Of a DNA stretch of 64,000 nucleotides, positions 27,401 through 42,400 are shown piece by piece. Numbering within the stretch: the stretch's first letter is position 1; every line of letters starts with the position of its first letter. This DNA comes from Macrostomum hystrix. Taxonomy: Eukaryota; Animalia; Platyhelminthes. The notes below the pieces were generated by a model. That model did not search any database, had not been told where the DNA came from, and worked only from the letters and a program-made list of their open reading frames with translations. The stretch spans positions 3,348,001 through 3,412,000 of the forward strand of contig CATNEN010000034.1 in assembly GCA_950097015.1 (NCBI GenBank), given 5' to 3'. A program made the translations under genes and the position numbers.

Positions 27401-30400
27401 AGGAAATGACTGGTTTCTCATGGAGGATTGTCTTGTGACTGACTGGTTTCTCATGGAGGATTGTCTTGGGACTGACTGGTTTCTCATGGAGGATTGTCTT
27501 GGGACTGACTGGTTTTTCATGGAGGATTGTCTTGGGACTGACTGGTTTTTCATGGAGGATTGTCTTGGGACTGACTGGTTTTTCATGGAGGATTGTCTTG
27601 GGACTGACTGGTTTTTCATGGAGGATTGTCTTGGGACTGACTGGTTTTTCATGGAGGATTGTCTTGCGACTGACTGGTTTCTCATGGAGGATTGTCTTGG
27701 GACTGACTGGTTTCTCATGGAGGATTGTCTTGGGACTGACTGGTTTTTCATGGAGGATTGTCTTGGGACTGACTGGTTTTTCATGGAGGATTGTCTTGGG
27801 ACTGACTGGTTTCTCATGGAGGATTGTCTTGGGACTGACTGGTTTCTCATTTAGGATTGTCTAGGAAATGACTGGTTTCTCATGGAGGATTGTCTTGTGA
27901 CTGACTGGTTTCTCATGGAGGATTGTCTTGGGACTGACTGGTTTTTCATGGAGGATTGTCTTGTGACTGACTGGTTTCTCATGGAGGATTGTCTTGTGAC
28001 TGACTGGTTTCTCATGGAGGATTGTCTTGTGACTGACTGGTTTCTCATGGAGGATTGTCTTGGGACTGACTGATTTTTCATGGAGGATTGTCTTGGGACT
28101 GACTGGTTTTTCATGGAGGATTGTCTTGGGACTGACTGGTTTCTCATGGAGGATTGTCTTGGGACTGACTGGTTTCTCATAGAGGATTGTCTTGGGACTG
28201 ACTGGTTTCTCATGGAGGATTGTCTTGGGACTGACTGGTTTTTCATGGAGGATTGTCTTGTGACTGACTGGTTTCTCATGGAGGATTGTCTTGTGACTGA
28301 CTGGTTTTTCATGGAGGATTGTCTTGGGACTGACTGGTTTTTCATGGAGGATTGTCTTGGGACTGACTGGTTTCTCATGGAGGATTGTCTTGTGACTGAC
28401 TGGTTTCTCATGGAGGATTGTCTTGGGACTGACTGGTTTCTCATGGAGGATTGTCTTGTGACTGACTGGTTTCTCATGGAGGATTGTCTTGGGACTGACT
28501 GGTTTCTCATGGAGGATTGTCTTGGGACTGACTGGTTTCTCATGGAGGATTGTCTTGGGACTGACTGGTTTCTCATGGAGGATTGTCTTGTGACTGACTG
28601 GTTTCTCATTGAGGATTGTCTTGGGACTGACTGGTTTCTCATGGAGGATTGTCTTGTGACTGACTGGTTTCTCATGGAGGATTGTCTTGGGACTGACTGG
28701 TTTCTCATGGAGGATTGTCTTGGGACTGACTGGTTTTTCATGGAGGATTGTCTTGGGACTGACTGGTTTTTCATGGAGGATTGTCTTGGGACTGACTGGT
28801 TTCTCATGGAGGATTGTCTTGGGACTGACTGGTTTCTCATTTAGGATTGTCTAGGAAATGACTGGTTTCTCATGGAGGATTGTCTTGTGACTGACTGGTT
28901 TCTCATGGAGGATTGTCTTGGGACTGACTGGTTTTTCATGGAGGATTGTCTTGTGACTGACTGGTTTTTCATGGAGGATTGTCTTGGGACTGACTGGTTT
29001 TTCATGGAGGATTGTCTTGGGACTGACTGGTTTCTCATGGAGGATTGTCTTGTGACTGACTGGTTTCTCATGGAGGATTGTCTTGGGACTGACTGGTTTC
29101 TCATTGAAGATTGTCTTGTGACTGACTGGTTTCTCATGGAGGATTGTCTTGGGACTGACTGGTTTCTCATGGAGGATTGTCTTGGGACTGACTGGTTTCT
29201 CATGGAGGATTGTCTTGGGACTGACTGGTTTCTCATGGAGGATTGTCTTGGGACTGACTGGTTTCTCATGGAGGATTGTCTTGGGACTGACTGGTTTTTC
29301 ATGGAGGATTGTCTTGGGACTGACTGGTTTCTCATTGAGGATTGTCTTGGGACTGACTGGTTTCTCATTGAGGATTGTCTTGGGACTGACTGGTTTTTCA
29401 TGGAGGATTGTCTTGGGACTGACTGGTTTCTCATGGAGGATTGTCTTGGGACTGACTGGTTTTTCATGGAGGATTGTCTTGGGACTGACTGGTTTTTCAT
29501 GGAGGATTGTCTTGGGACTGACTGGTTTTTCATGGAGGATTGTCTTGGGACTGACTGGTTTTTCATGGAGGATTGTCTTGGGACTGACTGGTTTCTCATG
29601 GAGGATTGTCTTGGGACTGACTGGTTTCTCATTGAGGATTGTCTAGGAAATGACTGGTTTCTCATGGAGGATTGTCTTGTGACTGACTGGTTTCTCATGG
29701 AGGATTGTCTTGGGACTGACTGGTTTCTCATGGAGGATTGTCTTGGGACTGACTGGTTTCTCATGGAGGATTGTCTTGGGACTGACTGGTTTCTCATTTA
29801 GGATTGTCTAGGAAATGACTGGTTTCTCATGGAGGATTGTCTTGTGACTGACTGGTTTCTCATGGAGGATTGTCTTGGGACTGACTGGTTTTTCATGGAG
29901 GATTGTCTTGTGACTGACTGGTTTTTCATGGAGGATTGTCTTGGGACTGACTGGTTTTTCATGGAGGATTGTCTTGGGACTGACTGGTTTCTCATTAAGG
30001 ATTGTCTTGGGACTGACTGGTTTCTCATTGAGGATTGTCTTGGGACTGACTGGTTTCTCATTAAGGATTGTCTTAGGACTGACTGGTTTCTCATGGAGGA
30101 TTGTCTTGGGACTGACTGGTTTTTCATGGAGGATTGTCTTGGGACTGACTGGTTTTTCATGGAGGATTGTCTTGGGACTGACTGGTTTTTCATGGAGGAT
30201 TGTCTTGGGACTGACTGGTTTTTCATGGAGGATTGTCTTGGGACTGACTGGTTTCTCATGGAGGATTGTCTTGGGACTGACTGGTTTCTCATGGAGGATT
30301 GTCTTGGGACTGACTGGTTTTTCATGGAGGATTGTCTTGGGACTGACTGGTTTTTCATGGAGGATTGTCTTGGGACTGACTGGTTTCTCATGGAGGATTG

Positions 30401-33400
30401 TCTTGGGACTGACTGGTTTCTCATTGAGGATTGTCTAGGAAATGACTGGTTTCTCATGGAGGATTGTCTTGTGACTGACTGGTTTCTCATGGAGGATTGT
30501 CTTGGGACTGACTGGTTTCTCATGGAGGATTGTCTTGGGACTGACTGGTTTTTCATGGAGGATTGTCTTGGGACTGACTGGTTTTTCATGGAGGATTGTC
30601 TTGGGACTGACTGGTTTTTCATGGAGGATTGTCTTGGGACTGACTGGTTTCTCATGGAGGATTGTCTTGGGACTGACTGGTTTCTCATTGAGGATTGTCT
30701 AGGAAATGACTGGTTTCTCATGGAGGATTGTCTTGTGACTGACTGGTTTCTCATGGAGGATTGTCTTGGGACTGACTGGTTTCTCATGGAGGATTGTCTT
30801 GGGACTGACTGGTTTTTCATGGAGGATTGTCTTGGGACTGACTGGTTTTTCATGGAGGATTGTCTTGGGACTGACTGGTTTTTCATGGAGGATTGTCTTG
30901 CGACTGACTGGTTTCTCATGGAGGATTGTCTTGGGACTGACTGGTTTCTCATGGAGGATTGTCTTGGGACTGACTGGTTTTTCATGGAGGATTGTCTTGG
31001 GACTGACTGGTTTTTCATGGAGGATTGTCTTGGGACTGACTGGTTTCTCATGGAGGATTGTCTTGGGACTGACTGGTTTCTCATTTAGGATTGTCTAGGA
31101 AATGACTGGTTTCTCATGGAGGATTGTCTTGTGACTGACTGGTTTCTCATGGAGGATTGTCTTGGGACTGACTGGTTTTTCATGGAGGATTGTCTTGTGA
31201 CTGACTGGTTTCTCATGGAGGATTGTCTTGTGACTGACTGGTTTCTCATGGAGGATTGTCCTGTGACTGACTGGTTTCTCATGGAGGATTGTCTTGGGAC
31301 TGACTGGTTTTTCATGGAGGATTGTCTTGGGACTGACTGGTTTTTCATGGAGGATTGTCTTGGGACTGACTGGTTTCTCATGGAGGATTGTCTTGGGACT
31401 GACTGGTTTCTCATAGAGGATTGTCTTGGGACTGACTGGTTTTTCATGGAGGATTGTCTTGGGACTGACTGGTTTTTCATGGAGGATTGTCTTGTGACTG
31501 ACTGGTTTCTCATGGAGGATTGTCTTGTGACTGACTGGTTTCTCATGGAGGATTGTCTTGGGACTGACTGGTTTTTCATGGAGGATTGTCTTGGGACTGA
31601 CTGGTTTTTCATGGAGGATTGTCTTGGGACTGACTGGTTTCTCATGGAGGATTGTCTTGGGACTGACTGGTTTTTCATGGAGGATTGTCTTGGGACTGAC
31701 TGGTTTCTCATTGAGGATTGTCTTGGGACTGACTGGTTTCTCATGGAGGATTGTCTTGGGACTGACTGGTTTTTCATGGAGGATTGTCTTGGGACTGACT
31801 GGTTTTTCATGGAGGATTGTCTTGGGACTGACTGGTTTTTCATGGAGGATTGTCTTGGGACTGACTGTTTTTCATGGAGGATTGTCTTGGGACTGACTGG
31901 TTTTTCATGGAGGATTGTCTTGGGACTGACTGGTTTCTCATGGAGGATTGTCTTGGGACTGACTGGTTTTTCATGGAGGATTGTCTTGGGACTGACTGGT
32001 TTCTCATTGAGGATTGTCTTGGGACTGACTGGTTTCTCATTGAGGATTGTCTTGGGACTGACTGGTTTCTCATGGAGGATTGTCTTGGGACTGACTGGTT
32101 TTTCATGGAGGATTGTCTTGGGACTGACTGGTTTTTCATGGAGGATTGTCTTGGGACTGACTGGTTTCTCATGGAGGATTGTCTTGGGACTGACTGGTTT
32201 CTCATTGAGGATTGTCTAGGAAATGACTGGTTTCTCATGGAGGATTGTCTTGTGACTGACTGGTTTCTCATGGAGGATTGTCTTGGGACTGACTGGTTTC
32301 TCATGGAGGATTGTCTTGGGACTGACTGGTTTCTCATTGAGGATTGTCTAGGAAATGACTGGTTTCTCATGGAGGATTGTCTTGGGACTGACTGGTTTTT
32401 CATGGAGGATTGTCTTGGGACTGACTGGTTTCTCATTGAGGATTGTCTTGGGACTGACTGGTTTTTCATGGAGGATTGTCTTGGGACTGACTGGTTTCTC
32501 ATGGAGGATTGTCTTGGGACTGACTGGTTTCTCATGGAGGATTGTCTTGGGACTGACTGGTTTCTCATTGAGGATTGTCTAGGAAATGACTGGTTTCTCA
32601 TGGAGGATTGTCTTGGGACTGACTGGTTTCTCATGGAGGATTGTCTTGGGACTGACTGGTTTCTCATTGAGGATTGTCTTGGGACTGACTGGTTTTTCAT
32701 GGAGGATTGTCTTGGGACTGACTGGTTTTTCATGGAGGGTTGTCTTGGGACTGACTGGTTTCTCATGGAGGATTGTCTTGGGACTGACTGGTTTCTCATT
32801 GAGGATTGTCTTGGGACTGACTGGTTTCTCATTGAGGATTGTCTTGGGACTGACTGTTTTTTCATGGAGGATTGTCTTGGGACTGACTGGTTTCTCATGG
32901 AGGATTGTCTTCGGACTGACTGGTTTCTCATGGAGGATTGTCTTGGGACTGACTGGTTTCTCATTGAGGATTGTCTAGGAAATGACTGGTTTTTCTTGGA
33001 GGATTGTCTTGGGACTGACTGGTTTTTCTTGGAGGATTGTCTTGGGACTGACTGGTTTCTCATGGAGGATTGTCTTGGGACTGACTGGTTTCTCATGGAG
33101 GATTGTCTTGGGACTGACTGGTTTCTCATGGAGGATTGTCTTGGGACTGACTGGTTTCTCATGGAGGATTGTCTTGGGACTGACTGGTTTTTCATGGAGG
33201 ATTGTCTTGGGACTGACTGGTTTCTCATGGAGGATTGTCTTGGGACTGACTGGTTTCTCATTGAGGATTGTCTTGGGACTGACTGGTTTCTCATGGAGGA
33301 TTGTCTTGGGACTGACTGGTTTCTCATGGAGGATTGTCTTGGGACTGACTGGTTTCTCATGGAGGATTGTCTTGGGACTGACTGGTTTCTCATGGAGGAT

Positions 33401-36400
33401 TGTCTTGGGACTGACTGGTTTCTCATGGAGGATTGTCTTGGGACTGACTGGTTTTTCATGGAGGATTGTCTTGGGACTGACTGGTTTTTCATGGAGGATT
33501 GTCTTGGGACTGACTGGTTTTTCATGGAGGATTGTCTTGGGACTGACTGGTTTCTCATGGAGGATTGTCTTGGGACTGACTGGTTTTTCATGGAGGATTG
33601 TCTTGGGACTGACTGGTTTTTCATGGAGGATTGTCTTGGGACTGACTGGTTTTTCATGGAGGATTGTCTTGGGACTGACTGGTTTTTCATGGAGGATTGT
33701 CTTGGGACTGACTGGTTTCTCATGGAGGATTGTCTTGGGACTGACTGGTTTCTCATTGAGGATTGTCTAGGAAATGACTGGTTTCTCATGGAGGATTGTC
33801 TTGTGACTGACTGGTTTCTCATGGAGGATTGTCTTGGGACTGACTGGTTTCTCATGGAGGATTGTCTTGTGACTGACTGGTTTCTCATGGAGGATTGTCT
33901 AGGAAATGACTGGTTTCTCATGGAGGATTGTCTTGGGACTGACTGGTTTCTCATGGAGGATTGTCTTGGGACTGACTGGTTTTTCATTGAGGATTGTCTT
34001 GTGACTGACTGGTTTCTCATGGAGGATTGTCTTGGGACTGACTGGTTTCTCATGGAGGATTGTCTTGGGACTGACTGGTTTCTCATGGAGGATTGTCTTG
34101 TGACTGACTGGTTTCTCATGGAGGATTGTCTTGGGACTGACTGGTTTCTCATGGAGGATTGTCTTGGGACTGACTGGTTTCTCATGGAGGATTGTCTTGG
34201 GACTGACTGGTTTCTCATGGAGGATTGTCTTGTGACTGACTGGTTTCTCATGGAGGATTGTCTTGGGACTGACTGGTTTCTCATGGAGGATTGTCTTGGG
34301 ACTGACTGGTTTTTCATGGAGGATTGTCTTGGGACTGACTGGTTTTTCATGGAGGATTGTCTTGGGACTGACTGGTTTCTCATGGAGGATTGTCTTGGGA
34401 CTGACTGGTTTCTCATGGAGGATTGTCTTGTGACTGACTGGTTTCTCATGGAGGATTGTCTTGGGACTGACTGGTTTCTCATGGAGGATTGTCTTGGGAC
34501 TGACTGGTTTCTCATTTAGGATTGTCTAGGAAATGACTGGTTTCTCATGGAGGATTGTCTTGTGACTGACTGGTTTCTCATGGAGGATTGTCTTGGGACT
34601 GACTGGTTTTTCATGGAGGATTGTCTTGTGACTGACTGGTTTTTCATGGAGGATTGTCTTGGGACTGACTGGTTTTTCATGGAGGATTGTCTTGGGACTG
34701 ACTGGTTTCTCATGGAGGATTGTCTTGTGACTGACTGGTTTCTCATGGAGGATTGTCTTGGGACTGACTGGTTTCTCATTGAAGATTGTCTTGTGACTGA
34801 CTGGTTTCTCATGGAGGATTGTCTTGGGACTGACTGGTTTCTCATGGAGGATTGTCTTGGGACTGACTGGTTTCTCATGGAGGATTGTCTTGGGACTGAC
34901 TGGTTTCTCATGGAGGATTGTCTTGGGACTGACTGGTTTTTCATGGAGGATTGTCTTGGGACTGACTGGTTTCTCATTGAGGATTGTCTTGGGACTGACT
35001 GGTTTCTCATTGAGGATTGTCTTGGGACTGACTGGTTTTTCATGGAGGATTGTCTTGGGACTGACTGGTTTCTCATGGAGGATTGTCTTGGGACTGACTG
35101 GTTTTTCATGGAGGATTGTCTTGGGACTGACTGGTTTCTCATGGAGGATTGTCTTGGGACTGACTGGTTTCTCATTGAGGATTGTCTTGGGACTGACTGG
35201 TTTCTCATTAAGGATTGTCTTAGGACTGACTGGTTTCTCATGGAGGATTGTCTTGGGACTGACTGGATTTTCATGGAGGATTGTCTTGGGACTGACTGGT
35301 TTTTCATGGAGGATTGTCTTGGGACTGACTGGTTTTTCATGGAGGATTGTCTTGGGACTGACTGGCTTCTCATGGAGGATTGTCTTGGGACTGACTGGTT
35401 TCTCATGGAGGATTGTCTTGGGACTGACTGGTTTTTCATGGAGGATTGTCTTGGGACTGACTGGTTTCTCATGGAGGATTGTCTTGGGACTGACTGGTTT
35501 TTCGTGGAGGATTGTCTTGGGACTGACTGGTTTCTCATTAAGGATTGTCTTGGGACTGACTGGTTTCTCATTGAGGATTGTCTTGGGACTGACTGGTTTC
35601 TCATTAAGGATTGTCTTAGGACTGACTGGTTTCTCATGGAGGATTGTCTTGGGACTGACTGGTTTTTCATGGAGGATTGTCTTGGGACTGACTGGTTTTT
35701 CATGGAGGATTGTCTTGGGACTGACTGGTTTTTCATGGAGGATTGTCTTGGGACTGACTGGCTTCTCATGGAGGATTGTCTTGGGACTGACTGGTTTCTC
35801 ATGGAGGATTGTCTTGGGACTGACTGGTTTTTCATGGAGGATTGTCTTGGGACTGACTGGTTTTTCATGGAGGATTGTCTTGGGACTGACTGGTTTTTCA
35901 TGGAGGATTGTCTTGGGACTGACTGGTTTCTCATTGAGGATTGTCTTGGGACTGACTGGTTTCTCATGGAGGATTGTCTTGGGACTGACTGGTTTTTCAT
36001 TGAGGACTGTCTTGGGACTGACTGGATTTTCATGGAGGATTGTCTTGGGACTGACTGGTTTTTCATGGAGGATTGTCTTGGGACTGACTGGTTTTTCATG
36101 GAGGATTGTCTTGGGACTGACTGGTTTCTCATGGAGGATTGTCTTGGGACTGACTGGTTTCTCATGGAGGATTGTCTTGGGACTGACTGGTTTCTCATGG
36201 AGGATTGTCTTGGGACTGACTGGTTTCTCATTGAAGATTGTCTTGGGACTGACTGGTTTCTCATGGAGGATTGTCTTGGGACTGACTGGTTTCTCATGGA
36301 GGATTGTCTTGGGACTGACTGGTTTCTCATGGAGGATTGTCTTGGGACTGACTGGTTTCTCATGGAGGATTGTCTTGGGACTGACTGGTTTCTCATGGAG

Positions 36401-39400
36401 GATTGTCTTGGGACTGACTGGTTTCTCATGTAGGATTGTCTTGTGACTGACTGGTTTCTCATGGAGGATTGTCTGGGGACTGACTGGTTTCTCATGGAGG
36501 ATTGTCTTGGGACTGACTGGTTTCTCATGGAGGATTGTCTTGGGACTGACAGGTTTCTCATGGAGGATTGTCTTGGGACTGACTGGTTTTTCATGGAGGA
36601 TTGTCTTGGGACTGACTGGTTTCTCATGGAGGATTGTCTTGGGACTGACTGGTTTTTCATGGAGGATTGTCTTGGGACTGACTGGTTTCTCATGGAGGAT
36701 TGTCTTGGGACTGACTGGTTTCTCATGGAGGATTGTCTTGGGACTGACTGGTTTCTCATTGAGGATTGTCTAGAAAATGACTGGTTTCTCATGGAGGATT
36801 GTCTTGTGACTGACTGGTTTCTCATGGAGGATTGTCTTGGGACTGACTGGTTTCTCATGGAGGATTGTCTTGGGACTGACTGGTTTCTCATGGAGGATTG
36901 TCTTGGGACTGACTGGTTTTTCATGGAGGATTGTCTTGGGACTGACTGGTTTTTCATGGAGGATTGTCTTGGGACTGACTGGTTTTTCATGGAGGATTGT
37001 CTTGCGACTGACTGGTTTCTCATGGAGGATTGTCTTGGGACTGACTGGTTTCTCATTGAGGATTGTCTTGGGACTGACTGGTTTCTCATGGAGGATTGTC
37101 TTGGGACTGACTGGTTTTTCATGGAGGATTGTCTTGGGACTGACTGGTTTCTCATGGAGGATTGTCTTGGGACTGACTGGTTTCTCATTGAGGATTGTCT
37201 TGGGACTGACTGGTTTTTCATGGAGGATTGTCTTGGGACTGACTGGTTTTTCATGGAGGATTGTCTTGGGACTGACTGGTTTCTCATTGAGGATTGTCTA
37301 GGAAATGACTGGTTTTTCATGGAGGATTGTCTTGTGACAGACTGGTTTCTCATGGAGGATTGTCTTGGGACTGACTTGTTTCTCATGGAGGATTGTCTTG
37401 GGACTGACTGGTTTCTCATGGAGGATTGTCTTGGGACTGACTGGTTTCTCATGGAGGATTGTCTTGGGACTGACTGGTTTCTCATGGAGGATTGTCTTGG
37501 GACTGACTGGTTTCTCATTGAAGATTGTCTTGGGACTGACTGGTTTCTCATGGAGGATTGTCTTGGGACTGACTGGTTTCTCATGGAGGATTGTCTTGGG
37601 ACTGACTGGTTTCTCATGGAGGATTGTCTTGGGACTGACTGGTTTCTCATGGAGGATTGTCTTGGGACTGACTGGTTTCTCATTGAAGATTGTCTTGGGA
37701 CTGACTGGTTTCTCATGGAGGATTGTCTTGGGACTGACTGGTTTCTCATGGAGGATTGTCTTGGGACTGACTGGTTTCTCATGGAGGATTGTCTTCGGAC
37801 TGACTGGTTTCTCATGGAGGATTGTCTTGGGACTGACTGGTTTCTCATGGAGGATTGTCTTGGGACTGACTGGTTTCTCATGTAGGATTGTCTTGTGACT
37901 GACTGGTTTCTCATGGAGGATTGTCTTGGGACTGACTGGTTTCTCATGGAGGATTGTCTTGGGACTGACTGGTTTCTCATGGAGGATTGTCTTGGGACTG
38001 ACAGGTTTCTCATGGAGGATTGTCTTGGGACTGACTGGTTTTTCATGGAGGATTGTCTTGGGACTGACTGGTTTTTCATGGAGGATTGTCTTGGGACTGA
38101 CTGGTTTTTCATGGAGGATTGTCTTGGGACTGACTGGTTTCTCATGGAGGATTGTCTTGGGACTGACTGGTTTCTCATGGAGGATTGTCTTGGGACTGAC
38201 TGGTTTCTCATGGAGGATTGTCTTGGGACTGACTGGTTTCTCATTGAGGATTGTCTAGAAAATGACTGGTTTCTCATGGAGGATTGTCTTGTGACTGACT
38301 GGTTTCTCATGGAGGATTGTCTTGGGACTGACTGGTTTCTCATGGAGGATTGTCTTGGGACTGACTGGTTTCTCATGGAGGATTGTCTTGGGACTGACTG
38401 GTTTTTCATGGAGGATTGTCTTGGGACTGACTGGTTTTTCATGGAGGATTGTCTTGGGACTGACTGGTTTTTCATGGAGGATTGTCTTGGGACTGACTGG
38501 TTTCTCATGGAGGATTGTCTTGGGACTGACTGGTTTCTCATGGAGGATTGTCTTGGGACTGACTGGTTTCTCATGGAGGATTGTCTTGGGACTGACTGGT
38601 TTCTCATGGAGGATTGTCTTGGGACTGACTGGTTTCTCATGGAGGATTGTCTTGGGACTGACTGGTTTCTCATTGAAGATTGTCTTGTGACTGACTGGTT
38701 TCTCATGGAGGATTGTCTTGGGACTGACTGGTTTCTCATTGAGGATTGTCTTGGGACTGAGTGGTTTCTCATGGAGGATTGTCTTGGGACTGACTGGTTT
38801 CTCATGGAGGATTGTCTTGGGACTGACTGGTTTCTCATTGAGGATTGTCTTGGGACTGACTGGTTTCTCATGGAGGATTGTCTTGGGACTGACTGGTTTC
38901 TCATGGAGGATTGTCTTGGGACTGACTGGTTTTTCATGGAGGATTGTCTTGGGACTGACTGGTTTCTCATTGAGGATTGTCTAGGAAATGACTGGTTTCT
39001 CATGGAGGATTGTCTTGTGACTGACTGGTTTCTCATGGAGGATTGTCTTGGGACTGACTGGTTTCTCACGGAGGATTGTCTTGGGACTGACTGGTTTCTC
39101 ATTGAGGATTGTCTAGGAAATGTCTGGTTTTTCATGGAGGATTGTCTTGCGACTGACTGGTTTCTCATGGAGGATTGTCTTGGGACTGACTGGTTTCTCA
39201 TGGAGGATTGTCTTGGGACTGACTGGTTTCTCATGGAGGATTGTCTTGGGACTGACTGGTTTCTCATTGAGGATTGTCTTGGGACTGACTGGTTTCTCAT
39301 GGAGGATTGTCTTGGGACTGACTGGTTTCTCATGGAGGATTGTCTTGGGACTGACTGGTTTCTCATGGAGGATTGTCTTGGGACTGACTGGTTTCTCATT

Positions 39401-42400
39401 GAAGATTGTCTTGGGACTGACTGGTTTCTCATGGAGGATTGTCTTGGGACTGACTGGTTTCTCATGGAGGATTGTCTTGGGACTGACTGGTTTCTCATGG
39501 AGGATTGTCTTGGGACTGACTGGTTTCTCATGGAGGATTGTCTTGGGACTGACTGGTTTCTCATTGAAGATTGTCTTGGGACTGACTGGTTTCTCATGGA
39601 GGATTGTCTTGGGACTGACTGGTTTCTCATGGAGGATTGTCTTGGGACTGACTGGTTTCTCATGGAGGATTGTCTTGGGACTGACTGGTTTCTCATGGAG
39701 GATTGTCTTGGGACTGACTGGTTTCTCATGGAGGATTGTCTTGGGACTGACTGGTTTCTCATGTAGGATTGTCTTGTGACTGACTGGTTTCTCATGGAGG
39801 ATTGTCTTGGGACTGACTGGTTTCTCATGGAGGATTGTCTTGGGACTGACTGGTTTCTCATGGAGGATTGTCTTGGGACTGACAGGTTTCTCATGGAGGA
39901 TTGTCTTGGGACTGACTGGTTTTTCATGGAGGATTGTCTTGGGACTGACTGGTTTTTCATGGAGGATTGTCTTGGGACTGACTGGTTTTTCATGGAGGAT
40001 TGTCTTGGGACTGACTGGTTTCTCATGGAGGATTGTCTTGGGACTGACTGGTTTCTCATGGAGGATTGTCTTGGGACTGACTGGTTTCTCATTCAGGATT
40101 GTCTAGAAAATGACTGGTTTCTCATGGAGGATTGTCTTGTGACTGACTGGTTTCTCATGGAGGATTGTCTTGGGACTGACTGGTTTCTCATGGAGGATTG
40201 TCTTGGGACTGACTGGTTTCTCATGGAGGATTGTCTTGGGACTGACTGGTTTTTCATGGAGGATTGTCTTGGGACTGACTGGTTTTTCATGGAGGATTGT
40301 CTTGGGACTGACTGGTTTTTCATGGAGGATTGTCTTGGGACTGACTGGTTTCTCATGGAGGATTGTCTTGGGACTGACTGGTTTCTCATGGAGGATTGTC
40401 TTGGGACTGACTGGTTTCTCATGGAGGATTGTCTTGGGACTGACTGGTTTCTCATGGAGGATTGTCTTGGGACTGACTGGTTTCTCATGGAGGATTGTCT
40501 TGGGACTGACTGGTTTCTCATTGAAGATTGTCTTGTGACTGACTGGTTTCTCATGGAGGATTGTCTTGGGACTGACTGGTTTCTCATTGAGGATTGTCTT
40601 GGGACTGAGTGGTTTCTCATGGAGGATTGTCTTGGGACTGACTGGTTTCTCATGGAGGATTGTCTTGGGACTGACTGGTTTCTCATTGAGGATTGTCTTG
40701 GGACTGACTGGTTTCTCATGGAGGATTGTCTTGGGACTGACTGGTTTCTCATGGAGGATTGTCTTGGGACTGACTGGTTTTTCATGGAGGATTGTCTTGG
40801 GACTGACTGGTTTCTCATTGAGGATTGTCTAGGAAATGACTGGTTTCTCATGGAGGATTGTCTTGTGACTGACTGGTTTCTCATGGAGGATTGTCTTGGG
40901 ACTGACTGGTTTCTCACGGAGGATTGTCTTGGGACTGACTGGTTTCTCATTGAGGATTGTCTAGGAAATGACTGGTTTCTCATGGAGGATTGTCTTGTGA
41001 CTGACTGGTTTCTCATGGAGGATTGTCTTGGGACTGACTGGTTTCTCATTGAGGATTGTCTAGGAAATGACTGGTTTCTCATGGAGGATTGTCTTGTGAC
41101 TGACTGGTTTCTCATGGAGGATTGTCTTGGGACTGACTGGTTTCTCATGGAGGATTGTCTTGGGACTGACTGGTTTCTCATGGAGGATTGTCTTGGGACT
41201 GACTGGTTTTTCATGGAGGATTGTCTTGGGACTGACTGGTTTCTCATGGAGGATTGTCTTGGGACTGACTGGTTTCTCATTGAGGATTGTCTTGGGACTG
41301 ACTGGTTTCTCATGGAGGATTGTCTTGGGACTGACTGGTTTTTCATGGAGGATTGTCTTGGGACTGACTGGTTTTTCATGGAGGATTGTCTTGGGACTGA
41401 CTGGTTTTTCATGGAGGATTGTCTTGGGACTGACTGGTTTTTCATGGAGGATTGTCTTGGGACTGACTGGTTTCTCATGGAGGATTGTCTTGGGACTGAC
41501 TGGTTTCTCATTGAGGATTGTCTTGGGACTGACTGGTTTCTCATGGAGGATTGTCTTGGGACTGACTGGTTTTTCATGGAGGATTGTCTTGGGACTGACT
41601 GGTTTTTCATGGAGGATTGTCTTGGGACTGACTGGTTTCTCATGGAGGATTGTCTTGGGACTGACTGGTTTTTCATGGAGGATTGTCTTGGGACTGACTG
41701 GTTTTTCATGGAGGATTGTCTTGGGACTGACTGGTTTTTCATGGAGGATTGTCTTGGGACTGACTGGTTTTTCATGGAGGATTGTCTTGGGACTGACTGG
41801 TTTCTCATGGAGGATTGTCTTGGGACTGACTGGTTTCTCATGGAGGATTGTCTTGGGACTGACTGGTTTTTCATGGAGGATTGTCTTGGGACTGACTGGT
41901 TTTTCATGGAGGATTGTCTTGGGACTGACTGGTTTCTCATGGAGGATTGTCTTGGGACTGACTGGTTTCTCATTGAAGATTGTCTAGGAAATGACTGGTT
42001 TCTCATGGAGGATTGTCTTGTGACTGACTGGTTTCTCATGGAGGATTGTCTTGGGACTGACTGGTTTCTCATGGAGGATTGTCTTGGGACTGACTGGTTT
42101 TTCATGGAGGATTGTCTTGGGACTGACTGGTTTTTCATGGAGGATTGTCTTGGGACTGACTGGTTTTTCATGGAGGATTGTCTTGGGACTGACTGGTTTC
42201 TCATGGAGGATTGTCTTGGGACTGACTGGTTTCTCATGGAGGATTGTCTTGGGACTGACTGGTTTCTCATGGAGGATTGTCTTGGGACTGACTGGTTTCT
42301 CATTGAAGATTGTCTTGTGACTGACTGGTTTCTCATGGAGGATTGTCTTGGGACTGACTGGTTTCTCATTGAAGATTGTCTTGTGACTGACTGGTTTCTC

